Below, piece by piece: positions 43,611-51,264 of a stretch of DNA of 64,000 nt. Both the position numbers and the translations under genes were made by a program. Origin of the DNA: Candidatus Latescibacterota bacterium (GTDB lineage: Bacteria; Latescibacterota; UBA2968; UBA8231). The notes under the pieces are model-generated. The model saw nothing but the letters and a program-made list of their open reading frames with translations, was not told the DNA's origin and ran no database searches. The stretch is taken from assembly GCA_036336855.1 (NCBI GenBank), contig JAYZFI010000052.1:73178-137177 (forward strand). The letters run 5' to 3'. Each line of letters begins with the position of its first letter. Within the stretch, counting starts at the first letter, position 1.

Positions 43611-45176
43611 TTGACGACACTCCGTCTCTCACAGAGCATGAGCCTGCAGCAGCGCATGGCGCCGCAGCTCATCCAGTCTCTGCAGCTGCTGCAGATGTCT
43701 ACGCTCGAACTTGAGCTGGAGATTAAGCAGCAGATGGAGCTCAACCCTCTGCTCGAAGAGAGCCTCGCGTTGGAGGAAGAGGGGGAGACGACTGAGGACA
43801 CGGGCGAAAGTGAGGAGGACAAGGAACCCCAGGACGAGCTGCTGGCCGAAGAGCAGGAGTTGCCCGCCGAGAATGACGAGGTCGATTGGGACGCGCTGCT
43901 GGAAGACCAGTTCGACCAGAACTCCTACAACAACGATGCCAGCGAGTTCGATCCCAACTGGGAGCAGGATCGTGAGCCTCAGGAAAATCGCATCACCACC
44001 ATGCCCCTGTTATCGGAGCAGCTCTATGAGCAGCTGACCGTCAGCGACCTGGAAGGTGATGACATCGAGATTGCCGAATTCATCATCGGCAACATCGATG
44101 ACCGCGGTTACCTCACCTGCTCCACCGCGTTGATCGCCGAGTTTTTTGGCAAGATCGAAGGTGAAGTGGAGAGTGTACTAAAGGTCGTTCAAACCTTCGA
44201 GCCACCCGGTTTAGGTGCCCGCGACCTGCGGGAGTGCTTGCTTATCCAGCTCGATCTCAAAATCGGGGAGGTCGACGACGACGATCGCGAACTGGCGGTG
44301 CAGGTAGTGCGCAACCACATGGAAGATCTCACCAAGCGCCGGTTTTCCCGGATCACTCGCGACCTCGGCATCGAAAACGACGACCTCAAGGGCGCCATGG
44401 AGGTCATCGAGAAGCTCCAGCCCAATCCGGGGTCCGCCCTCACTTCCAACTTCGACGGCCTGCTCACCCTCGACACCGATGTGCCGTACGTTACTCCCGA
44501 TCTGCTCGTGGAGAAGGTCGGAGAGGACTGGGTGGTGAGCCTCACCGATGGCAATTTGCCCTCCCTGCGCATAAACGCGGCCTACGCCAAGTTGATGCAA
44601 AATTCCAAGTCGAAGACAGGGACGGCAAAGGCCAAGGAGAAGGCCAAGGGTGACGGTGAGATGGAGGGTGATAAGAAAGAGGATGTGCGCGGCTACGTGT
44701 CGAAGAAGATCAACGACGCGCGCTGGCTCATCAACGCAATTCAGCAACGCCGCACGACCATGCTGAAAGTCGCCAATTACCTGGTGCGTGCTCAGATCAA
44801 CTGGTTCGAGCACGGCATCGTCCACCTTAAGCCGATGGTGCTCCAGGACGTGGCCGACGCCGTGGGCATGCATGTGTCGACGATCAGTCGGGTGAGCAAC
44901 GGCAAGTACATCCAGACGCCATACGGCGTCTTCGAGATCAAGTACTTTTTTGACAGCAAGGTCTCGCGGGAGGATGGTGAGGATGTGTCGGCACGCAGCG
45001 TGAAGGAGAAGATCTCCGCCATGATCGAGGAAGAGGACAAGAAAAAGCCCCTTTCCGATCAGGAGATCGCCGCCTTGCTCGGCCGTGACGGTCTGCAGAT
45101 CGCCCGCCGCACCGTAGCCAAATACCGGGTTCAGCTCGGTATCAACTCCCAACGCTACCGCAAGCAGGTGTTCTAA
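43611..45176 (+). CDS. rpoN: RNA polymerase sigma-54 factor
   Basis: N-terminal Gln/Leu-rich region I (..LQQRMAPQLIQSLQLLQMS..), an acidic region, and the C-terminal RpoN box IARRTVAKYRVQLGI. TTG 43611 or ATG 43638 as start. Confidence 0.95.
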   Translation: MTTLRLSQSMSLQQRMAPQLIQSLQLLQMSTLELELEIKQQMELNPLLEESLALEEEGETTEDTGESEEDKEPQDELLAEEQELPAENDEVDWDALLEDQFDQNSYNNDASEFDPNWEQDREPQENRITTMPLLSEQLYEQLTVSDLEGDDIEIAEFIIGNIDDRGYLTCSTALIAEFFGKIEGEVESVLKVVQTFEPPGLGARDLRECLLIQLDLKIGEVDDDDRELAVQVVRNHMEDLTKRRFSRITRDLGIENDDLKGAMEVIEKLQPNPGSALTSNFDGLLTLDTDVPYVTPDLLVEKVGEDWVVSLTDGNLPSLRINAAYAKLMQNSKSKTGTAKAKEKAKGDGEMEGDKKEDVRGYVSKKINDARWLINAIQQRRTTMLKVANYLVRAQINWFEHGIVHLKPMVLQDVADAVGMHVSTISRVSNGKYIQTPYGVFEIKYFFDSKVSREDGEDVSARSVKEKISAMIEEEDKKKPLSDQEIAALLGRDGLQIARRTVAKYRVQLGINSQRYRKQVF

Positions 45177-46063
45177 TGGACATTGACCATGCCGTGATCT
45201 CCAACATCGTGCGCGAGGTCGTCAGCCGGCAGCTGGGCTCGACGCCTCTGCCAGTCCCTGCCCAGGCCGCCTGCGACCTGCCCAACGCCGGCACGCTGAA
45301 AGAGAAGTTTCGACGCGACGAGCCCACCTATGGCATGTGGGTAACCCTGGAGTCTCCCACCATCACCGAGATCGCCACCCGCATGGGCTTCGACTGGATC
45401 GTCATCGATGCCGAGCATGGTTACCTTGACATGAAGAACGTGATGGAGCACATCCGGGTGGCTAATCTCTCCGCTACGCCGATTATGGTGCGCATCTCGG
45501 AGATCCAGAAAGGGTTGATCAAGCGCATCATGGACGTGGGCGCCGATGGCATTGTCGTGCCCCATGTGCGTCACGCCGAGGAGCTCGCCGAAGCGGTGAG
45601 CTACGCCAAGTACCCTCCCGAGGGAACGCGTGGCATCGGAGCCGAACGCGCCACGCGATGGGGCGAGGGGATAGAGCAGTGTGTGCCCCGAGCCAACGAA
45701 AATTCCATTGTGGTCGCGATGATGGAGACGGCGGAAGCGGGCGATTCCATCGACGAGATCCTCGACGTGCCTGGCGTGGACGCCATGTTCTTCGGGCTCC
45801 ACGACTTCTCCGCCACTCACGGCTATCCCGGGACCGCTGACGAACCGCCAGTTATTCAGCGCGCCATGGAGGTGCAGCGCCGCATCCGCGAGCGGGGTGT
45901 GCCCAGCGGGATTGTCGCCTGGGAAGGTGCGGACATTGCCAAGCGTCTCGAAGAGGGATTCCGCATGATCGGTCTCGGCTTTGACACCACCCTGCTAATC
46001 AAGGCCGCCAGCCATGCGCTCTCGGCTGCTGGCCGAGCTGTCCCCGCCAGCGTCTGGTGGTAG
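45176..46063 (+). CDS. HpcH/HpaI-family class II (2-keto-3-deoxy-acid) aldolase
   Basis: ..GMWVTLESPTITEIATRMGFDWIVIDAEHG.., ..IMVRISE.., ..GADGIVVPHV.. follow the HpcH/HpaI pattern. The ATG shares its A with the rpoN stop (TAATG). There is a ~35-aa N-terminal extension. Confidence 0.8.
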   Translation: MDIDHAVISNIVREVVSRQLGSTPLPVPAQAACDLPNAGTLKEKFRRDEPTYGMWVTLESPTITEIATRMGFDWIVIDAEHGYLDMKNVMEHIRVANLSATPIMVRISEIQKGLIKRIMDVGADGIVVPHVRHAEELAEAVSYAKYPPEGTRGIGAERATRWGEGIEQCVPRANENSIVVAMMETAEAGDSIDEILDVPGVDAMFFGLHDFSATHGYPGTADEPPVIQRAMEVQRRIRERGVPSGIVAWEGADIAKRLEEGFRMIGLGFDTTLLIKAASHALSAAGRAVPASVWW

Positions 46064-46109
46064 ACAGCTGCTGACGCAGCCGTATGAGCAAGAGCGTTTC
46101 GTTTCTCAC

Positions 46110-47339
46110 TTAAATCAACTCGCCATCCCCGGTGAAGGCCATGGCCACGGCCTCACCGGTCTGCGCGAGATCAGGATGTGACGCGAACTCCTGCTCCAGG
46201 GTGGCGGAGATCTGGATGTTCTCCAGCTTTAAAGTGTTGCGGATGCGGGCGACACGGGCTTGAGCTCCATCGTCAATGCGCAATACCTCAAACATGGCGG
46301 TGATAGCGTCGCGGTCGTTGTCCTTGACGATGGGAACGTAGGCGCGGTTGAGGAAGGTCGACGTAAAAGCGTTGGCGTAGGTGGCTTTGAAGTCGATAGC
46401 GTCGAGCAGCTGACGGGAGATGACGTCGGCAAGGCCGACGCCATTGGCGTTGCCGTGGGTGCAATCCGACAGCCGGCGTACGAAGATGCGCGATACCCCC
46501 GGCTCGTCGGGCTCCTTCAATCCGGGCAGCATCATGCGGCCGATGACATTGGTGTCCATGCCAGTGCCGCTTATCTCCTTGCCCATCTCGTCGACGATGA
46601 GCAGGTCGACACCCTGCACGAATAACCGCGGCATGGACAGGCGTGCCTCTGCGAGCAACTTGGGTTCTCGGGTGGAAAACTCCTCGGCTCGCAGCGCCGC
46701 CACCTTTGCCGTCTGATCATACGCGTTCTCGACGATGGCAATGCCGCCGAGAACGGGTAGCTGCGCTATGATCGCTTTGCCGAGCTCGGGGATGAGCCGG
46801 GACAGGCCCTGCGCGCCCTGGGTGTGGGCCATAGTTGCACCTTTGTGACAGCCCAGGCCGATCGTCATCATCTTCATCAACCCGCTCTCGTGCACACCGC
46901 GGAACGACGTGTGCGGCTTGATGCGGTTGACGATGATGAGCCCTCCCGATTCCTGCGCCAGGCGGTTCACCAGCACTGGGGTGTCGTCATCCAAGCGCCC
47001 GATCTCGACGACCTCCATGGTGGCCTCCACCGCACAGCCCATGGCTTTGGCGGAGATTCCGTAGGAGGCCAGCACCCCTTTCTGCCCCTCCGCTGTTGCG
47101 CCGCCGTGGCTGCCCATGGCGGGAATGATAAAGGGTTCGCCTCCGGACTCGCGCACGAAGTCCACGATGGTGCGGGTGATCTCCGGAATGTTGGCGATGC
47201 CGCGGCTGCCGCCGGTGACGGCGATTCTCTTTCCTGGCTCGATGCGCTCCTCGATTCCAGAGACGCTCAGCTGCGCGCGTGTCTCCTCAACCACGTCTTC
47301 CAGCATCTGGGCGTCGAAGCGCTGGCGGAAGGGGATCAT
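46110..47339 (-). CDS. LarA-family (DUF2088, nickel-pincer-cofactor-type) hydroxyacid racemase/epimerase homolog
   Basis: ..RIAVTGGSRGIANIPEITRTIVDF.., ..IIPAMGSHGGAT.., ..IKPHTSFRGVHESGLMKMMTIGLGCHKGATMAHT.. align by eye with the order of LarA catalytic His/His/Lys/His positions. Start trimmed to MIPFRQRF (ATG 47339). Confidence 0.5.
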   Translation of the reverse strand: MIPFRQRFDAQMLEDVVEETRAQLSVSGIEERIEPGKRIAVTGGSRGIANIPEITRTIVDFVRESGGEPFIIPAMGSHGGATAEGQKGVLASYGISAKAMGCAVEATMEVVEIGRLDDDTPVLVNRLAQESGGLIIVNRIKPHTSFRGVHESGLMKMMTIGLGCHKGATMAHTQGAQGLSRLIPELGKAIIAQLPVLGGIAIVENAYDQTAKVAALRAEEFSTREPKLLAEARLSMPRLFVQGVDLLIVDEMGKEISGTGMDTNVIGRMMLPGLKEPDEPGVSRIFVRRLSDCTHGNANGVGLADVISRQLLDAIDFKATYANAFTSTFLNRAYVPIVKDNDRDAITAMFEVLRIDDGAQARVARIRNTLKLENIQISATLEQEFASHPDLAQTGEAVAMAFTGDGELI

Positions 47340-47365
47340 CTCCGGGAAGGACTTCAACGGTAGTC

Positions 47366-47932
47366 TCAACCGACCAAAGCGGCGCGCAGGGCGTGCGAGC
47401 GTTCGCAAATAGGACGCTCGGGTCTCGGCACGGGCTCTTCGCCGCGCTCGAGGCGCCAGACGAAGACCGCCGGGCCCTCCGACTCGAAGTGCAAATCGAG
47501 CTTGGCTTCAAAGTCGGCGGGATCGTCGATGGTGTACACCGTCTTGAGACCGGCGGCGCGGGCCATGCCTCCGAAGTCGACGGTGCCCGCGCCGGGGACC
47601 GGCTGATTGCCGGTGACTTCGTAGGTGCCGTTCTCGGTGATGACCAACGTGTAGTTGGGGGCGGTGCTCTGGGTGAAGGTGACCAGGGATCCCAAGCACA
47701 TGAGAGTGCTGCCATCGCCGTTTAGGCAGATCACGCGGCGCTCCGGCTGCGCCAGAGCGATGCCGTATGCGAAATCGGCGGCGTGTCCCATAGCGCTGTC
47801 GACGGACGCGTAATCGAGGGCGGTATTGGATAGCTCCGCCCAAGGCATGGCGACGCTCATGGTGGTGACCACAACGTCGCCGTCGCTGCGGCGCGCGGCA
47901 AGCTTCTTCAGACAATCGTACTTGTTGAGCAT
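47366..47932 (-). CDS. ThDP-dependent decarboxylase beta subunit (ComE/sulfopyruvate- or phosphonopyruvate-decarboxylase-like)
   Basis: 188 aa after trimming to MLNKYDCLKKL. ThDP/Mg motif ..ICLNGDGSTLMCLGSLVTF...VITENGTYEVTG... Paired with an alpha-like subunit 10 nt upstream. Confidence 0.7.
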   Translation of the reverse strand: MLNKYDCLKKLAARRSDGDVVVTTMSVAMPWAELSNTALDYASVDSAMGHAADFAYGIALAQPERRVICLNGDGSTLMCLGSLVTFTQSTAPNYTLVITENGTYEVTGNQPVPGAGTVDFGGMARAAGLKTVYTIDDPADFEAKLDLHFESEGPAVFVWRLERGEEPVPRPERPICERSHALRAALVG

Positions 47933-47942
47933 TTGGAATCCC

Positions 47943-48437
47943 TTACTCCGTTTCCGTTGCCAGCAGCACCGCTGCCGGCAACGAGCGCTCGTTGGCAAGG
48001 GCAAAAGCCTCGTCGATCTGACCTCGGGTTTGGTTGTCGTCGTCGAGAACGGAATAGGGGATATCCCAAGCCTTGAGGGTGGGCTCGAAGAACGTGGCTG
48101 CCGTGTCGACTCGCGCGGTACCGGACTGCATGGTCTTGATGCCGCGGTAACCCATGAGCATCACCAATGGCAGGCCCATGTTGTAGGCGGTGCCGCGAAA
48201 GGCGTCGCCGGTCTCTAGGAAGCCGGTGTTCTGGATGATGACAACGGGTTTGTAGCCGCCCAGGTACATTCCGCTGGCCACGGCGAAGGCCTCGCCCTCG
48301 CGGGTGACACCGATGACATCGATGTTACTATCGGCCCAGAGCAGCTCGAACAGGGCTCGCGAGCCATTGTCGGGCAGGCCGACGACATGAGTGACGCCGT
48401 TGGCCTTGAGGGCGTCGACGATGTCAGAGGCCTTCAT
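47943..48437 (-). CDS. ThDP-dependent decarboxylase alpha subunit (ComD-like)
   Basis: 165 aa after trimming to MKASDIVDALKANGVTHVVGLPDNGS.. with ..TREGEAFAVASGMYLGGYKPVVIIQNTGF.. (pyrimidine-binding domain pattern). The ATG shares one base with the upstream stop (TGATG). Confidence 0.7.
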   Translation of the reverse strand: MKASDIVDALKANGVTHVVGLPDNGSRALFELLWADSNIDVIGVTREGEAFAVASGMYLGGYKPVVIIQNTGFLETGDAFRGTAYNMGLPLVMLMGYRGIKTMQSGTARVDTAATFFEPTLKAWDIPYSVLDDDNQTRGQIDEAFALANERSLPAAVLLATETE

Positions 48438-49627
48438 CAGGCCCAGATCGAACGGTTGGCCACGCCGTAGGCGAAGGCGGAATCCTGAATGCCGCCGACG
48501 TACTGAGCCGTACGCGATGCCGGTACCGAGCCTTCGTACCAAGCTTGGAAGGTGGGGTTGAACTTGGTTAGCGAGTCCCGATTGGCCTGACTGTCGTTGC
48601 CTGCGGCGATGTAGGCGTTGTTGAAAACGCCGTTCTCCTTCAACCCGGTACCGCCGGCTTCCTTCACGCGCGCGTCGATGCCGGAGAGGATCTCACCCGC
48701 GTCATTGCCGCCAACAGCGCCGATGTGGGCTTCGGTGATGCCGCCGTGGGTAAGGGTGACCCAGGTGCTGAAGCCGTTCTTGATCTCACCGGAGCGTTTT
48801 ATCTCGACGTCGCCAGCGACGACCCGCGGTTGCGGCTCGACAATGCTGTCGAGGTTAGGAATGCGCGAAACTGGGTAGATGAGGCCTGCGGGTCGGTCGT
48901 CGCCGAAGTAGCTCTCGAAGACTTTGCGCACGGTGTCGATGCGCTCCCAGGTCTTCGCGGGCTCGTCGTCGACGGCGACGAGGATCTCCATGAACGCGGT
49001 CTGCTTTTTGAAGTCGATACCCTCTTCATCCAGGCCCTTGGCGTACTGCTCCTCGAAGATGAACTCCGTCTCCTTGGCCACATCCGGGCCGAGGGTAGTG
49101 ATTATCTCATCACCCTTCTTGTGCAGCACGGAAGCGCCGCTGGGCTGGTGATCGACCCAGGAGCCGTAGTCGAGCTTGCCACCGCCGATCTCGACATCGC
49201 CGAGGGCAGCTTTGACCTGCACCTCGAACAGTGCCACGGGATCGGGAAAGCCCTCTTGATGAGTGAAGCGTGCCATGCGATTCGAGCGCAGCGCGCCCCC
49301 TGTGACAGCGTTGATCATGGCGCCGTACACAGAGTTGAAATCGTTCTTGAAACGGTCGCATTCGTCGCGATCCGCCGAGGGCGTCGTCCATAGCACATCG
49401 GTCTTGTACACATCGGACCAGTGCGCCTTGCCGAGCTCGAGACCGGCGGCCAGATTCTCGATGGTTCCGAACCACTCGGATCCGATGTTATTTGGGTACT
49501 GGGTCCCCACATTGCCGCTGGGCTCCACCAACCGCGTGACCTTGGAATCGTCGTCGATCTGAACTACTTCCGTGGTGCTGCAGAACACGGCGCCGGGCCG
49601 GTGGCGTAAGATGTGGACTTCAGCCAT
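48437..49627 (-). CDS. 396-aa protein that appears to contain three tandem RidA/YjgF-like repeats; function unknown
   Basis: Start trimmed to MAEVHILRH (ATG 49627). Three segments each end with a RidA-like pattern (F..Y..........R........L/I........E/V): ..FNSVYGAMIN..RSNRMARFTHQ..ALFEVQV.., ..VFESYFGDDRPAGLIYPVSRIP..IVEPQ.., ..FQAWYEGSVPASRTAQYVGGI... Recognised by eye only. Confidence 0.4.
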   Translation of the reverse strand: MAEVHILRHRPGAVFCSTTEVVQIDDDSKVTRLVEPSGNVGTQYPNNIGSEWFGTIENLAAGLELGKAHWSDVYKTDVLWTTPSADRDECDRFKNDFNSVYGAMINAVTGGALRSNRMARFTHQEGFPDPVALFEVQVKAALGDVEIGGGKLDYGSWVDHQPSGASVLHKKGDEIITTLGPDVAKETEFIFEEQYAKGLDEEGIDFKKQTAFMEILVAVDDEPAKTWERIDTVRKVFESYFGDDRPAGLIYPVSRIPNLDSIVEPQPRVVAGDVEIKRSGEIKNGFSTWVTLTHGGITEAHIGAVGGNDAGEILSGIDARVKEAGGTGLKENGVFNNAYIAAGNDSQANRDSLTKFNPTFQAWYEGSVPASRTAQYVGGIQDSAFAYGVANRSIWA

Positions 49628-49687
49628 GGTGCAGGCTACCTGCCTCTCTGTGTCATCGTTTCGAATGAAGATGGCCAGGTGCCGCAG

Positions 49688-49702
49688 GCACCTGCGGTGC
49701 CA
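49688..49702 (-). promoter_or_regulatory. candidate sigma-54 (-24/-12) promoter for the RidA-like/ComDE/LarA-like operon
   Basis: The minus strand reads CTGGCAC-CGCAG-GTGCC. This is a perfect TGGCAC -24 element, correct GG-N10-GC spacing, and -12 GTGC instead of TTGC. The GC lies 60 nt upstream of ATG 49627. Confidence 0.4.
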
Positions 49703-49776
49703 GTGATGGCACCTCATACCAACAGAAAATAGGCCCCCCTCGTACTCCCCTCAAACAGAAGATAGAGCGTGCAAGT

Positions 49777-50466
49777 GTGATGACGAGTCAAGCGGTGCTG
49801 TTCGTGAAGAACCCCACTCCAGGCCGGGTGAAGACGCGATTGCAGTTCCATCTTGGCGCCGAGGGTGCTTGCCGTCTCTACTCCGCCTTCGTTGGCGACT
49901 GCGCGAGCCTGCTGGCGTCGTGCCGCGCCGATTGCAAAGTGGTCGCCTACGCCCCGGCTGATGCCGAGCCGCACTTGCGCGATCTGTTGCAGAGTGTGCA
50001 GGGACTCACCTTTGAGCCGCAGGCAGAGGGTGATCTCGGCCAGCGCATGGCGGCGGCTTTCACGCGCGGCTTCCTAATCGGGGCACAGCGGATCGTCCTC
50101 GTCGGCTCCGACAGTCCCTCGCTTCCGGTGGAGCTTGTCGACCGCGCCCTATACGAGCTTGAGGACCATGACGTCGTCATCGGACCGAGCCTGGACGGGG
50201 GCTACTATCTGATCGGGTTGCGTCGGATGCTGCCGGAGATCTTCGCAGAAATCGAATGGAGCACCGGACAGGTGCTGGCACAGACACTGGCGGCATTGCC
50301 AGAGGGCGCCCAGCTCTCGGTGCTACCGCCATGGTACGATGTCGACGAACCAGAGGCGGCGGCCTTTCTGCGCCAGCACCTGCAAGCGCTGGCTCGCAGC
50401 GGCATGCCGGTGGCGCCCTTGAGCGCCGAGGCGCTGTCCGATCTGAAACTGCCTTCGCCCTCGTGA
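49777..50466 (+). CDS. DUF2064/TIGR04282-family glycosyltransferase-like protein
   Basis: N-terminus ..AVLFVKNPTPGRVKTRL.. and ..VLVGSDSPSLP.., ..DGGYYLIGL.. match the DUF2064 pattern. Confidence 0.7.
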   Translation: MMTSQAVLFVKNPTPGRVKTRLQFHLGAEGACRLYSAFVGDCASLLASCRADCKVVAYAPADAEPHLRDLLQSVQGLTFEPQAEGDLGQRMAAAFTRGFLIGAQRIVLVGSDSPSLPVELVDRALYELEDHDVVIGPSLDGGYYLIGLRRMLPEIFAEIEWSTGQVLAQTLAALPEGAQLSVLPPWYDVDEPEAAAFLRQHLQALARSGMPVAPLSAEALSDLKLPSPS

Positions 50467-50473
50467 GGTGGTT

Positions 50474-51241
50474 TCAGAGACCCATGATTCGGTAGCCACC
50501 GTCAACGTAGAGAATTTCGCCGGTGATACCGCGGCTCATGGGGCTGCACAGAAAGACCGAGGCATCGGCGACCTCCTCGACATCGACGTTGCGCTTAAGG
50601 GCAGCGCGCTCGGCGTGAGTGCGCTGCATAGTGCTGAAGTCGCGAATACCGCGAGCGGCCAGGGTCTTGATGGGCCCGGCGGAGATTCCGTTGACGCGAA
50701 TCCCCGAGGGGCCGAGATCGCTGGCCAGGTAGCGGATGCCCGACTCGAGGGCTGCCTTAGCCACCCCCATGACATTGTAATTGGGAACGGCACGCTCACT
50801 ACCCAGGTAAGTGAGGGCGACGACACCTCCGCCGTTCTTCATCAGCGGCTCGGCGGCGCGCATTAGCACGTTCAACGAATAGGCGCTGATGTCGAGGGCG
50901 AGGTTGAAGCCGTCGCGTGAGGTGTCCGCAAAGCGGCCCTCCAGATCCTCGCGCTTGGCGAAGGCGATGGCGTGCACGAGCGCGTCGAGTCGCTCGTACT
51001 CGTCGCCCACGGTGCCGAAGGCGGCGGCAACGGAGTCGGTATCGGACACGTCGCACTGCACGAGAAGCGGCGGACGCTGCAGCTGATTGACGATCTTCTC
51101 GATGCTCGCCAGCTCGCGATCACCGAGATACCCCAGGGCCAGCTGCGAGCCCTCACGGTCTAGGGCGCGGGAGATGGCCCAGGCAATACTGCGATGGTTG
51201 GCGACGCCGGCGACAAAGCTGACTCGGTCCTGCATCAACAT
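50474..51241 (-). CDS. fabI: enoyl-[acyl-carrier-protein] reductase (NADH), FabI type
   Basis: ..FVAGVANHRSIAWAISRAL.., catalytic Tyr/Lys region ..NYNVMGVAKAALES.. and ..ISAGPIKTLAA... Start trimmed to MLMQDRV (ATG 51241) with GAGGAGA upstream. Confidence 0.92.
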   Translation of the reverse strand: MLMQDRVSFVAGVANHRSIAWAISRALDREGSQLALGYLGDRELASIEKIVNQLQRPPLLVQCDVSDTDSVAAAFGTVGDEYERLDALVHAIAFAKREDLEGRFADTSRDGFNLALDISAYSLNVLMRAAEPLMKNGGGVVALTYLGSERAVPNYNVMGVAKAALESGIRYLASDLGPSGIRVNGISAGPIKTLAARGIRDFSTMQRTHAERAALKRNVDVEEVADASVFLCSPMSRGITGEILYVDGGYRIMGL

Positions 51242-51264
51242 CTGTGATTCTCCTCTACATAGCC

